A stretch of DNA of 64,000 nt from Acidobacteriota bacterium (GTDB lineage Bacteria; Acidobacteriota; Thermoanaerobaculia; Thermoanaerobaculales; Sulfomarinibacteraceae), in contig JAJDNH010000073.1 in assembly GCA_022340775.1 (NCBI GenBank), forward strand, positions 12,519 through 76,518, written 5' to 3'. Each line of letters opens with the position of its first letter. Position 1 is the first letter of the stretch. The position numbers and the translations under genes were made by a program. Below the pieces are notes generated by a model. The model had not been told where the DNA came from. It worked only from the letters and a program-made list of their open reading frames with translations, and did no database searches. Below are positions 34,676-43,863 of the stretch, one piece after another.

Positions 34676-37179
34676 GACCGCCCCTTGGAGAGCAGCACCG
34701 GGAGGACCGTGATGCTGAGAACAGCGGTCGACACGGCACCGAGGATGGCTGTCGCCCCGATCGACCGCAGCCCCGGGAAATGAGAGAGGACAAGGGAACC
34801 GAAGCCGACGACCGTCGTCAGAGCCGCGACCGCGATCGCCTTGGCGGTCTCTGCCAAGGCGTTCGGGTCACCCTCGGACTCGCGCCACCGGTGCAAGAGG
34901 TGCACACCGTAATCGACACCGATGCCGATGATCATCGTGAGCACGAAGATGTTCATCAGATTCATTCTAATGCCGGCCAACGCCATCGCCCCCAGCATCC
35001 ACACCACGCCGATTGCCAGCGGAACCAAGGCCAGGGCTGCCTGTCGGATCCCGCCGAGGTCGATGGCGAGCAGCGCCGTGACGAGGACCATACCGAGGAT
35101 GGCGGCCCGCGCCGCGTCCTTCCAGACCAGCTGGCGCAGCTCGGCCGAGACAACATTGGCCCCGGTCAGCACTGCCTCCGGGTGCCTCGACAGGAGGCGT
35201 TCCAGCGCCGGCGGTGCATTGCGTCGCCACTTTCCGGCCGGCGGGTAGCAGTAGATCACCGTCGAGACGCCCGATGGAAACCGTCGGAAGTACCGATCGA
35301 CGACCCGGGCCAGGGAGGTCCCCTGCAGATCACTCAGCGAGAGCGGTCTGCTGACCGAAAGAGCTTTCTCGAGGTGCCGGATACCGGGCAAGAACGGATC
35401 CGGGTTCAAACCCGCGTTCTCGAGTGCTGTCTTAAAGCGAGTCTCGAGGTCGCCCAGCTCGGGCCGTCTTTCATTGAGCAGTCGGATCAGCTTCAGCTGC
35501 TGATCTCTGGAAGGGACCATTCCGGCAATCGTGTCGACTCCGGCCAAGGTCTCGCCGTCCTCCAGTTGACGCAGGTCGGGCAGCAGACGACGAGCCGCGG
35601 TCATGACGTCATCCTCCGAGGTGCCGTCGATCCGGATCATCATTGGCGTGAACCGAAGCCCGAACGCCTTCATGATCTCCTGCCGCAGGATGACGCCCTT
35701 GTTCCCCGCCGACCGCATGTTGCGGATATCGTCATCGAACTGAAGGCGAAACGCTGCCGCACCAAGACTCACGGTCACCACCGCGGCGATGACCGCAACA
35801 GTCTTCGGCCTCGCAAGGCTCAGCCTACACAGCATGTCGGAACCGAACGAATGCAGGTGAAGCCGCCGCGACACGGATTTCCCGGACCCGCGGAGGGTGA
35901 GCAGCGCCGGCAGCAGGAGGAACACGGTAGCTGCGAAGAGCAGGATTCCGGTTCCGGTCAACAAGCCGAGGTCGGAAAGGCCTCGGAAATCCGTGATCAA
36001 GAACGCATAGAACGTGGCCGCGGTCGTCACTGCACCGAGCAAGACGCCGACGCCGGTGTGCCGTCCCATGGCGTCGACAGCGTCTTCGTGTCCGCTCCCC
36101 GCGATCCGCTCCTCGACGTAGCGGCCGTAGAGCACAATGACGAAGTCGATCCCCAGGCCGATGAGAAGAGCGGCGAACGCCGACGTCGCCGAGTTGAGGC
36201 CATGCATCACCACGGCAACGAAAATGAACGTCAGTGCCAGTCCGACCGCTAGCGGCGCAAAAGCGTATCCGAGAGCCGCCGGACGCCTGAATGCGAGCAG
36301 GAACAAGAGCATCACACCGATGAAGGAGGTGGCTACACCCACGCCCAGATCGCTGACGATGAGTCGTCCGTCGTCGAGGGCGGTGATGTAGCCGCCTGCG
36401 AACTCGACCTGTGGCGCCTTCCCCTCCCAGCCGTCCGCGCGCCAGTCGGCCTCCGCCCGTTGCACCCGACTCGGGAGGCCGGCTGCGAGCTGGCGGTCGA
36501 ACGCGACCTCCTGGGCGGGACGGGTGGGCTTGGCCAGCATCAGCAGGAAGCGCCGTGCCGGGTCGATGAGACATCCAGTACCGGGGTCGAAGCGAACGCC
36601 GATACCGCCCAGCCGTGCCCGCCGCAGAAGCTCCGGCAGAAGCCCCATCGGATCGAGCTCCAGCATCTCCTGGACGACAATGCCCTGGGGCGCCAAAAGC
36701 TGGGCCCTTATCCTCTCCGCCGCCCGCTGCAGCCCATCGTCGTCCAGGCTGTCGAGCAGTTTCTCGAGCCTGGCCTCAGGGAGGAGCAAGGTTGCACGGT
36801 CGAGAAGCGGGGCCGCCGTCAACGCCGGGTCTTCAAGCCTGTACTCCACCCAATCGATCGAGTCCCAGCGGCGCAGCTCCGCCGCAAGACGATCGGCGAA
36901 ACCGACCTCGGCCTCCAGGTCTCCATCGCTGGGCAGCCGGACCACGACCAGCAGCAGGTCAACCGAGCCAAACCTCTCCACCGTTATCTTGAACTGCCTG
37001 ATCACCGGATCATGGTTCGGCATCAACGATAGGACGTCGGTGTCGATGCGGACGTGAATCCCGAGTACAACTGCTGCGACACAGACCAGGAGCGACACCA
37101 GACACACAACGATCGGGTGGCGACGTCCGAGCCTGACGAGAAACAACGGAAGCAGCCTTGGTAGCAGGCCTCGCCTCAC
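34660..37179 (-). CDS. MMPL/RND-superfamily transporter (HpnN-like lipid exporter)
   Basis: Two large extracytoplasmic loops; TM motifs GLGIDFVIV and GIGVDYGVH; GTGA overlap with pgsA. Confidence 0.85.
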   Translation of the reverse strand: MRRGLLPRLLPLFLVRLGRRHPIVVCLVSLLVCVAAVVLGIHVRIDTDVLSLMPNHDPVIRQFKITVERFGSVDLLLVVVRLPSDGDLEAEVGFADRLAAELRRWDSIDWVEYRLEDPALTAAPLLDRATLLLPEARLEKLLDSLDDDGLQRAAERIRAQLLAPQGIVVQEMLELDPMGLLPELLRRARLGGIGVRFDPGTGCLIDPARRFLLMLAKPTRPAQEVAFDRQLAAGLPSRVQRAEADWRADGWEGKAPQVEFAGGYITALDDGRLIVSDLGVGVATSFIGVMLLFLLAFRRPAALGYAFAPLAVGLALTFIFVAVVMHGLNSATSAFAALLIGLGIDFVIVLYGRYVEERIAGSGHEDAVDAMGRHTGVGVLLGAVTTAATFYAFLITDFRGLSDLGLLTGTGILLFAATVFLLLPALLTLRGSGKSVSRRLHLHSFGSDMLCRLSLARPKTVAVIAAVVTVSLGAAAFRLQFDDDIRNMRSAGNKGVILRQEIMKAFGLRFTPMMIRIDGTSEDDVMTAARRLLPDLRQLEDGETLAGVDTIAGMVPSRDQQLKLIRLLNERRPELGDLETRFKTALENAGLNPDPFLPGIRHLEKALSVSRPLSLSDLQGTSLARVVDRYFRRFPSGVSTVIYCYPPAGKWRRNAPPALERLLSRHPEAVLTGANVVSAELRQLVWKDAARAAILGMVLVTALLAIDLGGIRQAALALVPLAIGVVWMLGAMALAGIRMNLMNIFVLTMIIGIGVDYGVHLLHRWRESEGDPNALAETAKAIAVAALTTVVGFGSLVLSHFPGLRSIGATAILGAVSTAVLSITVLPVLLSKGRSCRGG

Positions 37180-37718
37180 TCCTCAGGCTCCGATAACACG
37201 TTTCGGTTCTGCCAGAAGTAGATCACCATCGAGATGATGGCCAGGAAAAACGTGATCCATAGCGCCACGGTCCCCAGGACGATCCAGTGTCCGAGCTTGC
37301 GGCCCAGGATCAGCAAGGCGACGGCCACTACCTGGGTTCCCATCTTGGCCTTTCCCCACCAGTTGGCAGCGATTGTGATCCTGCGCTCCATCGCCACCAT
37401 CCGAAGGGCCGTGACGGCGAACTCGCGCCCGACGATCCCGGTCACCATCCAGGCGGGGGCGAGTCCGAGCTCGACGAGCGAGATGAATGCCGCACTCATC
37501 AAGAGCTTGTCCGCGATGGGATCCAAGAGCGTGCCGGTCACCGTAATCCGGTCTGTTCTCCGGGCTATAATCCCGTCCACCAGGTCGGTCAACGCCGCCA
37601 GGAGGAATATGGCGAGCCCCCAGAACTCCTTTTCGGGAAACTCCGTGAGCAGAACCGCCACCAAGAGCGGGACCATGAAGATCCGCAAGATGGTGATCGT
37701 GTTGGGCAGGTTCCACAT
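37176..37718 (-). CDS. pgsA: CDP-diacylglycerol--glycerol-3-phosphate 3-phosphatidyltransferase
   Basis: NLPNTITILRI, DLVDGIIARR...GTLLDPIADK, REFAVTALR, GKAKM. Confidence 0.93.
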   Translation of the reverse strand: MWNLPNTITILRIFMVPLLVAVLLTEFPEKEFWGLAIFLLAALTDLVDGIIARRTDRITVTGTLLDPIADKLLMSAAFISLVELGLAPAWMVTGIVGREFAVTALRMVAMERRITIAANWWGKAKMGTQVVAVALLILGRKLGHWIVLGTVALWITFFLAIISMVIYFWQNRNVLSEPEE

Positions 37719-37835
37719 CGGAGCTCTCCCTCGCCGGCCACCGTGGCCTGGCTGCAACACACCACACCGGTGCTTGGATCTGGTGGGCTGGCCGACCCGG
37801 CCACACGATTCTAAACATCCCAAGAGGAATCGACA

Positions 37836-39377
37836 ATGAGTTGGCAGGGGTGTACCTACCACCCCTCTCGAGACGCGGCGGGCGAGTGTCGGAGCTGTGG
37901 CCGACGCCTGTGTGCCGCCTGCATTGAGCAGTGGAGCGGGGCCCCATACTGCAGCCGCTGGTGCCACTGCAAGGGGCGGATGCGAGACGCCGCCGGCGCC
38001 GTCCGCCGTGCGCTGGCTCTCCCCATCCCGGTCCCCTGGGCGATCGCGGCAACTGCAATCATTGCCGTGCCGCTGATCACCATGACTGGTCTCCTGGTCG
38101 CCCGCCTGCTCGCCAATGCACGCGCGCCCTCCGCCGCAAGGTCAGCTGCCCCCAGCCCCACTGCCAGCCCGCCGACCCCCTCGCTGGCTCTGGTCGCACA
38201 CATCGAGGCCCACGAGCGACGCCTGCAACTCGTGGTCGACGGCCAGCCGGGCACAACGGTGCTTGTGACTCTCGATGAACGTCCCTGGCGCGTGCTAAAC
38301 CTGGATGCCGGCGGTCGTGGAAAGACCGAGATCGTCCACCGCGGGACGCCGCCCCGGGTCCGCGTTTTCAGCCTCGGCGCCGGCGTGCCGGCCGCGATCG
38401 CAACGCCAACCAGAACGCCCACGAGCTCCCCCACGCCGCGACCTACCTCAACCCCGAGCGAGACCCCGGTACCGACGCCAAAACCGACATCGACCCAAGG
38501 CCGGGCTGGAACAACACCGACGGCGGCGACGGCCCCATCTCCTCCCCCCCCAACCTCCGTGCCGCGCATGAGTGCCGATGAGTCGCTCCGGGTGCCCGAC
38601 CTTCTCCTCGTGCGCGATGGGGGTCCTCACCTGGCTCTCACGTTTGACGCCGGCTCGACCGCCGACGGCACCGCCCAGCTTCTGGCTTTGTTTCGGCGGC
38701 TCCATCTGCGACCGACCTTGTTCGTGACCGGAGCTTTCATCCGCAACCACCCGGCGCTCGTCCGGCAGGCCGTACTGGATGGCCATGAGATTGGCAACCA
38801 CCTACTCACCCACCCGCACCTGACGACGTATGCCAAGAACCGCCGACAGCAGCTTCTGCCCAACGTCACCCGTCCCTGGTTCGAGCACCAGTTACTCGAA
38901 ACCGAACGCCTCTTCTTCGAGGCCACCGGTCGGCGCATGGCGCCCTTATGGCGGGCTCCATATGGGGAGGAGAACCCCACCCTCCGTAGCTGGGCGTACG
39001 ACCTCGGATATCTCCACGTGCGCTGGAGCACCCTGCGGGGCACATCGCTCGACTCGCGCGACTGGGTCGCCGACGAGCACAGCAGCCTCTACGAGAATCC
39101 CGAGCGCATGATGAAACGCCTGCTCAGCTTCCCCCATCTCGAGGGAGGAATTGTCCTGATGCACCTCTCGACCCACCGCAGCGATCCGCCGTGGGAGGTC
39201 CTGCCCAAGCTCGTCGCGAAACTGAAGGCTCGAGGCATCCAGCTCGGCTCCGTGACGTCCCTGCTCGAGGCCTCACCCTCCTGGCGTCCGGTCCTAGAGA
39301 GAGCGCGGCGGCGGTTTGACGCACGTCAGGAACGAGCCGCGGCCGCAGGATCATCGGCTGCAGCTGCCAGGGAGTGA
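37836..39377 (+). CDS. Polysaccharide deacetylase (CE4/NodB) with N-terminal Cys/His zinc-finger-like module, TM and P/T linker
   Basis: CTYHPSRDAAGECRSCGRRLCAAC...YCSRWC; ALTFDAG, HEIGNHLLTH, WRAPYG, IVLMH. Confidence 0.85.
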   Translation: MSWQGCTYHPSRDAAGECRSCGRRLCAACIEQWSGAPYCSRWCHCKGRMRDAAGAVRRALALPIPVPWAIAATAIIAVPLITMTGLLVARLLANARAPSAARSAAPSPTASPPTPSLALVAHIEAHERRLQLVVDGQPGTTVLVTLDERPWRVLNLDAGGRGKTEIVHRGTPPRVRVFSLGAGVPAAIATPTRTPTSSPTPRPTSTPSETPVPTPKPTSTQGRAGTTPTAATAPSPPPPTSVPRMSADESLRVPDLLLVRDGGPHLALTFDAGSTADGTAQLLALFRRLHLRPTLFVTGAFIRNHPALVRQAVLDGHEIGNHLLTHPHLTTYAKNRRQQLLPNVTRPWFEHQLLETERLFFEATGRRMAPLWRAPYGEENPTLRSWAYDLGYLHVRWSTLRGTSLDSRDWVADEHSSLYENPERMMKRLLSFPHLEGGIVLMHLSTHRSDPPWEVLPKLVAKLKARGIQLGSVTSLLEASPSWRPVLERARRRFDARQERAAAAGSSAAAARE

Positions 39378-39381
39378 GAGG

Positions 39382-40266
39382 TCAGACCAGTCCGAGCAAC
39401 GTAGATGCAGCTCGGTACCCCTTGCTCACCAGGTCGTCGAAGTGGTCCCACTCCGACCACGAGATGGGGCCCAGGTGGGGATCGAGAACAACGTCGGCGT
39501 CACGGAGCTGGAAGACTCGCAGCAGTCTCGAGGTCATGAGCCCGGTGCGGGCCATGGTCTCCAGCACCAGACGGTCGCCTCGGTAGGCGGGCATCTGCAT
39601 GGCGACGTCGACGGCCAAGACCGGGCGGCCGAGCATCGTTGCCGCGGCGACCGGCACTTCGGCCACGACGCCTCCGTCGACGAGCAGGCGGTCGTCGACC
39701 TGGACCGGCGGCACGAGGCCTGGTATCGAGCTCGAGGCCAGCACCATGGTGCGCAGGGAACCCGTCGCCAGCCGCACCTCCTCTCCGGTTTCGAGGTCCG
39801 TGGCCACGGCCACGAACCGGCCCGGAAGGTCGCCAATCTGGATATCCGGAATCAAGAAGTCCAGCGCTCCCTTGAGGGCGCTGCCGTCGAGCACCGTGCT
39901 GCGGTTGACCGCCAAGGAAATGACGACCCGATCACGGATACGCCGTGCCGCCTGCAGCAGGAAGTGCTCCTGGGCCCCTTTGTCCTCCTCACGCGAGAAC
40001 GCCTCGATGGTGGGAATCAGCTCCTCATCGAACGCCGCCTTCCACTTCTGCTTGACGGCATCCACTGAGCCGTAGGCCAGGTACATTGCGCCCACCACCG
40101 CACCGGCACTGGTCCCGGCGATCCTCCGCGGGCGAATGCCGGCCTCTTCAAACGCTTGAAGAACGCCGAGGTGTGCGAAGCCCCGCGCGCCGCCGCCGCC
40201 GAGAGCGAGCACCGGTGGCCGAACCTTCCAGAATAGCCGTCTCAGCCGCCCTGACAGAGCAGTCAC
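39382..40266 (-). CDS. Patatin-like phospholipase
   Basis: LGGGGARGFAH, GTSAG, LVDGG. Confidence 0.92.
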   Translation of the reverse strand: MTALSGRLRRLFWKVRPPVLALGGGGARGFAHLGVLQAFEEAGIRPRRIAGTSAGAVVGAMYLAYGSVDAVKQKWKAAFDEELIPTIEAFSREEDKGAQEHFLLQAARRIRDRVVISLAVNRSTVLDGSALKGALDFLIPDIQIGDLPGRFVAVATDLETGEEVRLATGSLRTMVLASSSIPGLVPPVQVDDRLLVDGGVVAEVPVAAATMLGRPVLAVDVAMQMPAYRGDRLVLETMARTGLMTSRLLRVFQLRDADVVLDPHLGPISWSEWDHFDDLVSKGYRAASTLLGLV

Positions 40267-41138
40267 CCCGCCCGTTCCCCCCGCCGATGCTGTCGTAACA
40301 ACCCGACCAGCGCCTCGTGGACCCCTTCGGCCACCCGATGCGCTTTGTCCGAAATGTGGTTCAGATCCTCCGTGGCTCCGCGCGGGTCCACGTCCCCGAT
40401 CTTGTCACCCTGATTCACCGGCACGCCGTCGCGGAGCAGGCCGCGGACAACCCCGGAGATCCGGACGGTCACAGCGTACGACGCATCGATGGGAACGCCG
40501 CGCCTGAAGTCGTCCACGCCGTACACCGACACCACGGTTCCGATTCTCTCGCCCCGCTCGACCTCGTCACCGATTTTCGCCGGCGTGAAGAACACCCCAT
40601 CTCGTGCGGCCTTGAGGACGCGCTCGTTGGCGAAACCCATAATCTCAGCTGGCGGCTCCTCGATCAGGTGCTCGCCGGTGTCCTCGAGGACCGCTCCGAC
40701 CTGTGGCCCGCGAAAGGTGTCAACGACAGCGTGACAGTCACGTCCGGCGACGTAGCCGGGACCGAGCGCGATCACGATGCGTGCGAGGTCCCTGGACAGC
40801 CCCCAGTTCTGCCTCAGCATGGCGGCCTCGATGAAGACATCGGGCTTCCACTCGGCAAGCGCCATCTCGAGCGGCACGACAGCAACGGCGATGTCGCCGA
40901 GCCTGTTGATGAACTCCACCTGCTCGAGATCGCTGGCGAGGCGTGCCGTCACGCCCTGGACATGTTGAACACCGCTGAACACGGCCTCCGAGAAGCACAC
41001 GTTCCGCCTTACCGCTTTCGGGTACCGCCGTTCCAGCATCAAGATCCGTCCCAGGCCGTTGATATGCAGCTCGTGGGCTGTAGCGGAGGCCAGTTCCCCC
41101 GCCCCGCGGATCACAATGCGAGGCTTGGCTCTCGTCAT
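40263..41138 (-). CDS. yqeB: YqeB-family selenium-dependent molybdenum hydroxylase system protein
   Basis: IVIRGAGELASA, AVRRNVCFSEAV, VIALGPGYVAGRDCHAVV, RGLLRDG...KIGDVDPRG, ISDKA. Confidence 0.85.
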   Translation of the reverse strand: MTRAKPRIVIRGAGELASATAHELHINGLGRILMLERRYPKAVRRNVCFSEAVFSGVQHVQGVTARLASDLEQVEFINRLGDIAVAVVPLEMALAEWKPDVFIEAAMLRQNWGLSRDLARIVIALGPGYVAGRDCHAVVDTFRGPQVGAVLEDTGEHLIEEPPAEIMGFANERVLKAARDGVFFTPAKIGDEVERGERIGTVVSVYGVDDFRRGVPIDASYAVTVRISGVVRGLLRDGVPVNQGDKIGDVDPRGATEDLNHISDKAHRVAEGVHEALVGLLRQHRRGERAG

Positions 41139-41509
41139 GCCACCACCGCCACGGCCTCGATCTCCACCTCGGCGCCCTTGGGGAGAGCCGCGACCTCCAC
41201 CACCGACCTGGCCGGCCGGTGGGAACCGAAGAACTCCGCATAGGCTTCGTTGAGAGAGGCGAACCGGCCCATGTCGGTGATGAAAACGGTTACCTTGAGC
41301 ACGCGGTCACGCCGCGAGCCGGCCGCGGTCAGCACCGCGTCCAGATTCCCCAGCGCACGTGCGACCTGTGCGTCGAACCCGCTTGCCAGCTCACCGCTGG
41401 ATGGATCCAGCCCGATCTGTCCCGAGGTCAAGACCAGCTCGCCGCGACCGACTGCCTGACTGTAGGGCCCCACGGCGGCGGGCGCCCGATCGGTGGAGAT
41501 GACGCGCAT
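41135..41509 (-). CDS. ridA: RidA/YjgF enamine-imine deaminase family
   Basis: APAAVGPYSQAV, SGQIG, KVTVF, PARSVVEVAALPKGAEVEIE. Confidence 0.93.
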   Translation of the reverse strand: MRVISTDRAPAAVGPYSQAVGRGELVLTSGQIGLDPSSGELASGFDAQVARALGNLDAVLTAAGSRRDRVLKVTVFITDMGRFASLNEAYAEFFGSHRPARSVVEVAALPKGAEVEIEAVAVVA

Positions 41510-41594
41510 TCTCGTTCCTCCCCGCCTCGATGCGGCCGTTGTCCGGCCGGCGTCACTTTTCGGGCGGCATTCTACTCCCTTCCTCCCGCCATGT

Positions 41595-42131
41595 TCAGAC
41601 CGGCGGCTCCCGGTCTGGCAGGTACTCGTGGATATCGGGCAGGTTCCGGTACTGCTCGGCGAAGTCAAGACCGTAGCCGACGACAAACAGGTCGTCGATC
41701 TCAAAACCGAGGAAGTCGACCTCGATCTCGATCTCGCGCCGGGACGGCTTTGACAGAAGCGCCACGATCTGCACCGACCTGGGGTGACGGGCCCGGATCA
41801 AGTGAAGGATGTCGGCCAGGGTCGAACCTGTGTCGACGATGTCCTCCACCAAGTAAACGTCGCGATCACGGACATCGACCGTGATGTCCTTGACCAAGAC
41901 CACCGTCCCGGAGCTGGTGGTGCTCGCCCCGTAGCTCGAAACCTGGATGAAGTCCACCTCGACAGGGGTCTTGATCGACATCGTCAGGTCGGTGAAGAAA
42001 TAGACGCAGCCCTTCAGTACGCCGATGAAAACCGGCGACCTCCCTTCGAGGTCGGATTCCAGTTCTTCGGCAAGCCGCGCTACCACACTCGAGATCCGCT
42101 CGCGGCCGACTACCACGCGTCCTAGCATCAC
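41595..42131 (-). CDS. hpt: Hypoxanthine phosphoribosyltransferase
   Basis: GVLKG, VSSYGASTTSSG, LVEDIVDTG, FVVGYGLD...YRNLP. Confidence 0.96.
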   Translation of the reverse strand: MMLGRVVVGRERISSVVARLAEELESDLEGRSPVFIGVLKGCVYFFTDLTMSIKTPVEVDFIQVSSYGASTTSSGTVVLVKDITVDVRDRDVYLVEDIVDTGSTLADILHLIRARHPRSVQIVALLSKPSRREIEIEVDFLGFEIDDLFVVGYGLDFAEQYRNLPDIHEYLPDREPPV

Positions 42132-42185
42132 CCACCTCCTCCTACTCTTGGCGGCTCATGGACATCCGGTGTATCCTATTGCTTG

Positions 42186-42191
42186 TAAGAT
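42186..42191 (+). promoter_or_regulatory. Putative -10 hexamer TAAGAT, 7 nt before ATG 42199 (leaderless)
   Basis: TAAGAT-gaatgcg-ATG, no SD. Confidence 0.45.
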
Positions 42192-42198
42192 GAATGCG

Positions 42199-43863
42199 AT
42201 GAACCTCCGCCACCAGAGCGAACGCTACACCCGTCTTTCCGACCGGTTCCGCTCACTGTGGACCTTCTACCAGTTCCTGGGGGGGCTGTTCAAGCATCAG
42301 GGCCGAGGCACTCTGCCCCAGACCTATGACTTTCAGGAGCTCCACCGACGGCTCCAGGATCTGGTTCCTCGGATGGGCCTCGAGACCACACCTGCTACCG
42401 AGCACGAACTTCAGGAGATGGGTCGCCGGCTCACCAACATCCACCGCGGCCTGCGGGACATCGAGCGGGAGTTCCCTCCCTCCCTGCTACGGCGGTTCTT
42501 TGATCACCTCAAGCGGCAGGACGAGAAGATCCTGGTCGCGCTCGTGAAGTTCTACCTGCAAACAGACGAGATCGACGATGACACTCAGGACAAGCTCGAC
42601 ATCCTGCTGACCAGGCTCGCCGAGGCGCCGACCGAGGACGGAAAGGCTCTCCCCCGAGAGACTTCCGAGGTACAGCCCCTCTTTGCACGGCTGGCGGCCT
42701 ACATCGACACCGGCAGCGCCGACCAGACCTCGCTGGCGGCCCTGCGTACCGCCATCCGTGACTTCCGAACCGAGCTGGGTCGCGTGGAGGACTTCGGAAC
42801 CCTGCTGACCTGCGGTGTCTACGACCGATATCGTGAGTTCAAGCACGGGCTCGGCTTGACCTTCTTCCTGCCCGAGATCCTGTGCGAGATCACCACCACC
42901 AACATCCTGGCGAGAAACCGCTTCCAGGAGCTTTACGAGGCGGAGGAGACTCGGATCCTGGAGGACACCAACAGGATCTTCGAAATCGAGCGCTACCTCG
43001 AGCGCCATCCCGACTTCGCACACCCCGACCTGCGCCGCCACATCGAAGCTTTCCGCCGTTTCCGGATTCGGTTCGATGCCGGTCGCAAGGAAGACAACAT
43101 CAAGCGGGACGATCTGCTCGAGCTGAGACAGTCCATCCATGCCGTTCTCGAGCGTTTCGATCCGACCGAGCGAAGACCGGTGGAGGTTCCCATCGTCGCC
43201 TCCCCAGGCGGCGCCGGACCGGCTCCGGCGCTAGAAAGTCGAGGTTCGACACCAGAAGCGTCGTTGGCGGCCGTAGGCACCGAGCCCGCTCCAAGGTCGG
43301 AGCCCAGCGGGCACCTCCCGCCAGCCGAGCCCGAGACCGCCGTTGCATCGCTCGGCCAGCTCCTTCCCTCCGACGCTCTGCTCAACGAGGCGCTGCACAA
43401 GATCATGTTCTCGCTCGAACTTGTGGCTTGGGACCACCCAGCGGACCAGGCAGTCCATACCAAGGAGCTCCACAACCTCCACCTGGAGCCATGGGAGGTC
43501 GAGGCGTACCGGAAGCTCAGCGAAGGGGTTGTTGGGATCGACACCCTCGGATGGGAGCTGGGTAGCTTCTACCTCAGGAGCGCCGCGCTACGCGTCAAGA
43601 TGGAGGAGGAGGCGGCCGAGATCGCCCGGCTCAGACAGTCCAACAGCTCGGACCGTCTCTACGAGATGCTGGAACGGGCAGCACAGAGCCTGGAGAGAGC
43701 GCGAGAGATGGACCGCAGGTTCCAGTGGTTTATCGAAGACATGCTCTACCGCGGTGAGACCGCCCACCTCGAGCAGATCTACCGATCGCGCTTCAGGTTC
43801 CTCAACGTCTTCTCACACCTGTGGCTCGAGCACCAGAGCTCAGGAGGCATCACTCCGCTGTGA
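42199..43863 (+). CDS. Hypothetical soluble, mostly alpha-helical two-domain protein
   Basis: Long ORF with GC3-biased codons; charged helical N-domain, P/A/E linker, helical C-domain; no recognised family. Confidence 0.75.
   Translation: MNLRHQSERYTRLSDRFRSLWTFYQFLGGLFKHQGRGTLPQTYDFQELHRRLQDLVPRMGLETTPATEHELQEMGRRLTNIHRGLRDIEREFPPSLLRRFFDHLKRQDEKILVALVKFYLQTDEIDDDTQDKLDILLTRLAEAPTEDGKALPRETSEVQPLFARLAAYIDTGSADQTSLAALRTAIRDFRTELGRVEDFGTLLTCGVYDRYREFKHGLGLTFFLPEILCEITTTNILARNRFQELYEAEETRILEDTNRIFEIERYLERHPDFAHPDLRRHIEAFRRFRIRFDAGRKEDNIKRDDLLELRQSIHAVLERFDPTERRPVEVPIVASPGGAGPAPALESRGSTPEASLAAVGTEPAPRSEPSGHLPPAEPETAVASLGQLLPSDALLNEALHKIMFSLELVAWDHPADQAVHTKELHNLHLEPWEVEAYRKLSEGVVGIDTLGWELGSFYLRSAALRVKMEEEAAEIARLRQSNSSDRLYEMLERAAQSLERAREMDRRFQWFIEDMLYRGETAHLEQIYRSRFRFLNVFSHLWLEHQSSGGITPL

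Noticed and set aside
40263-41138. Possible selenocysteine (UGA) recoding near yqeB, or in trxA and the nitroreductase
   Set aside because: No in-frame TGA interrupts a conserved domain; trxA has a normal WCGPC
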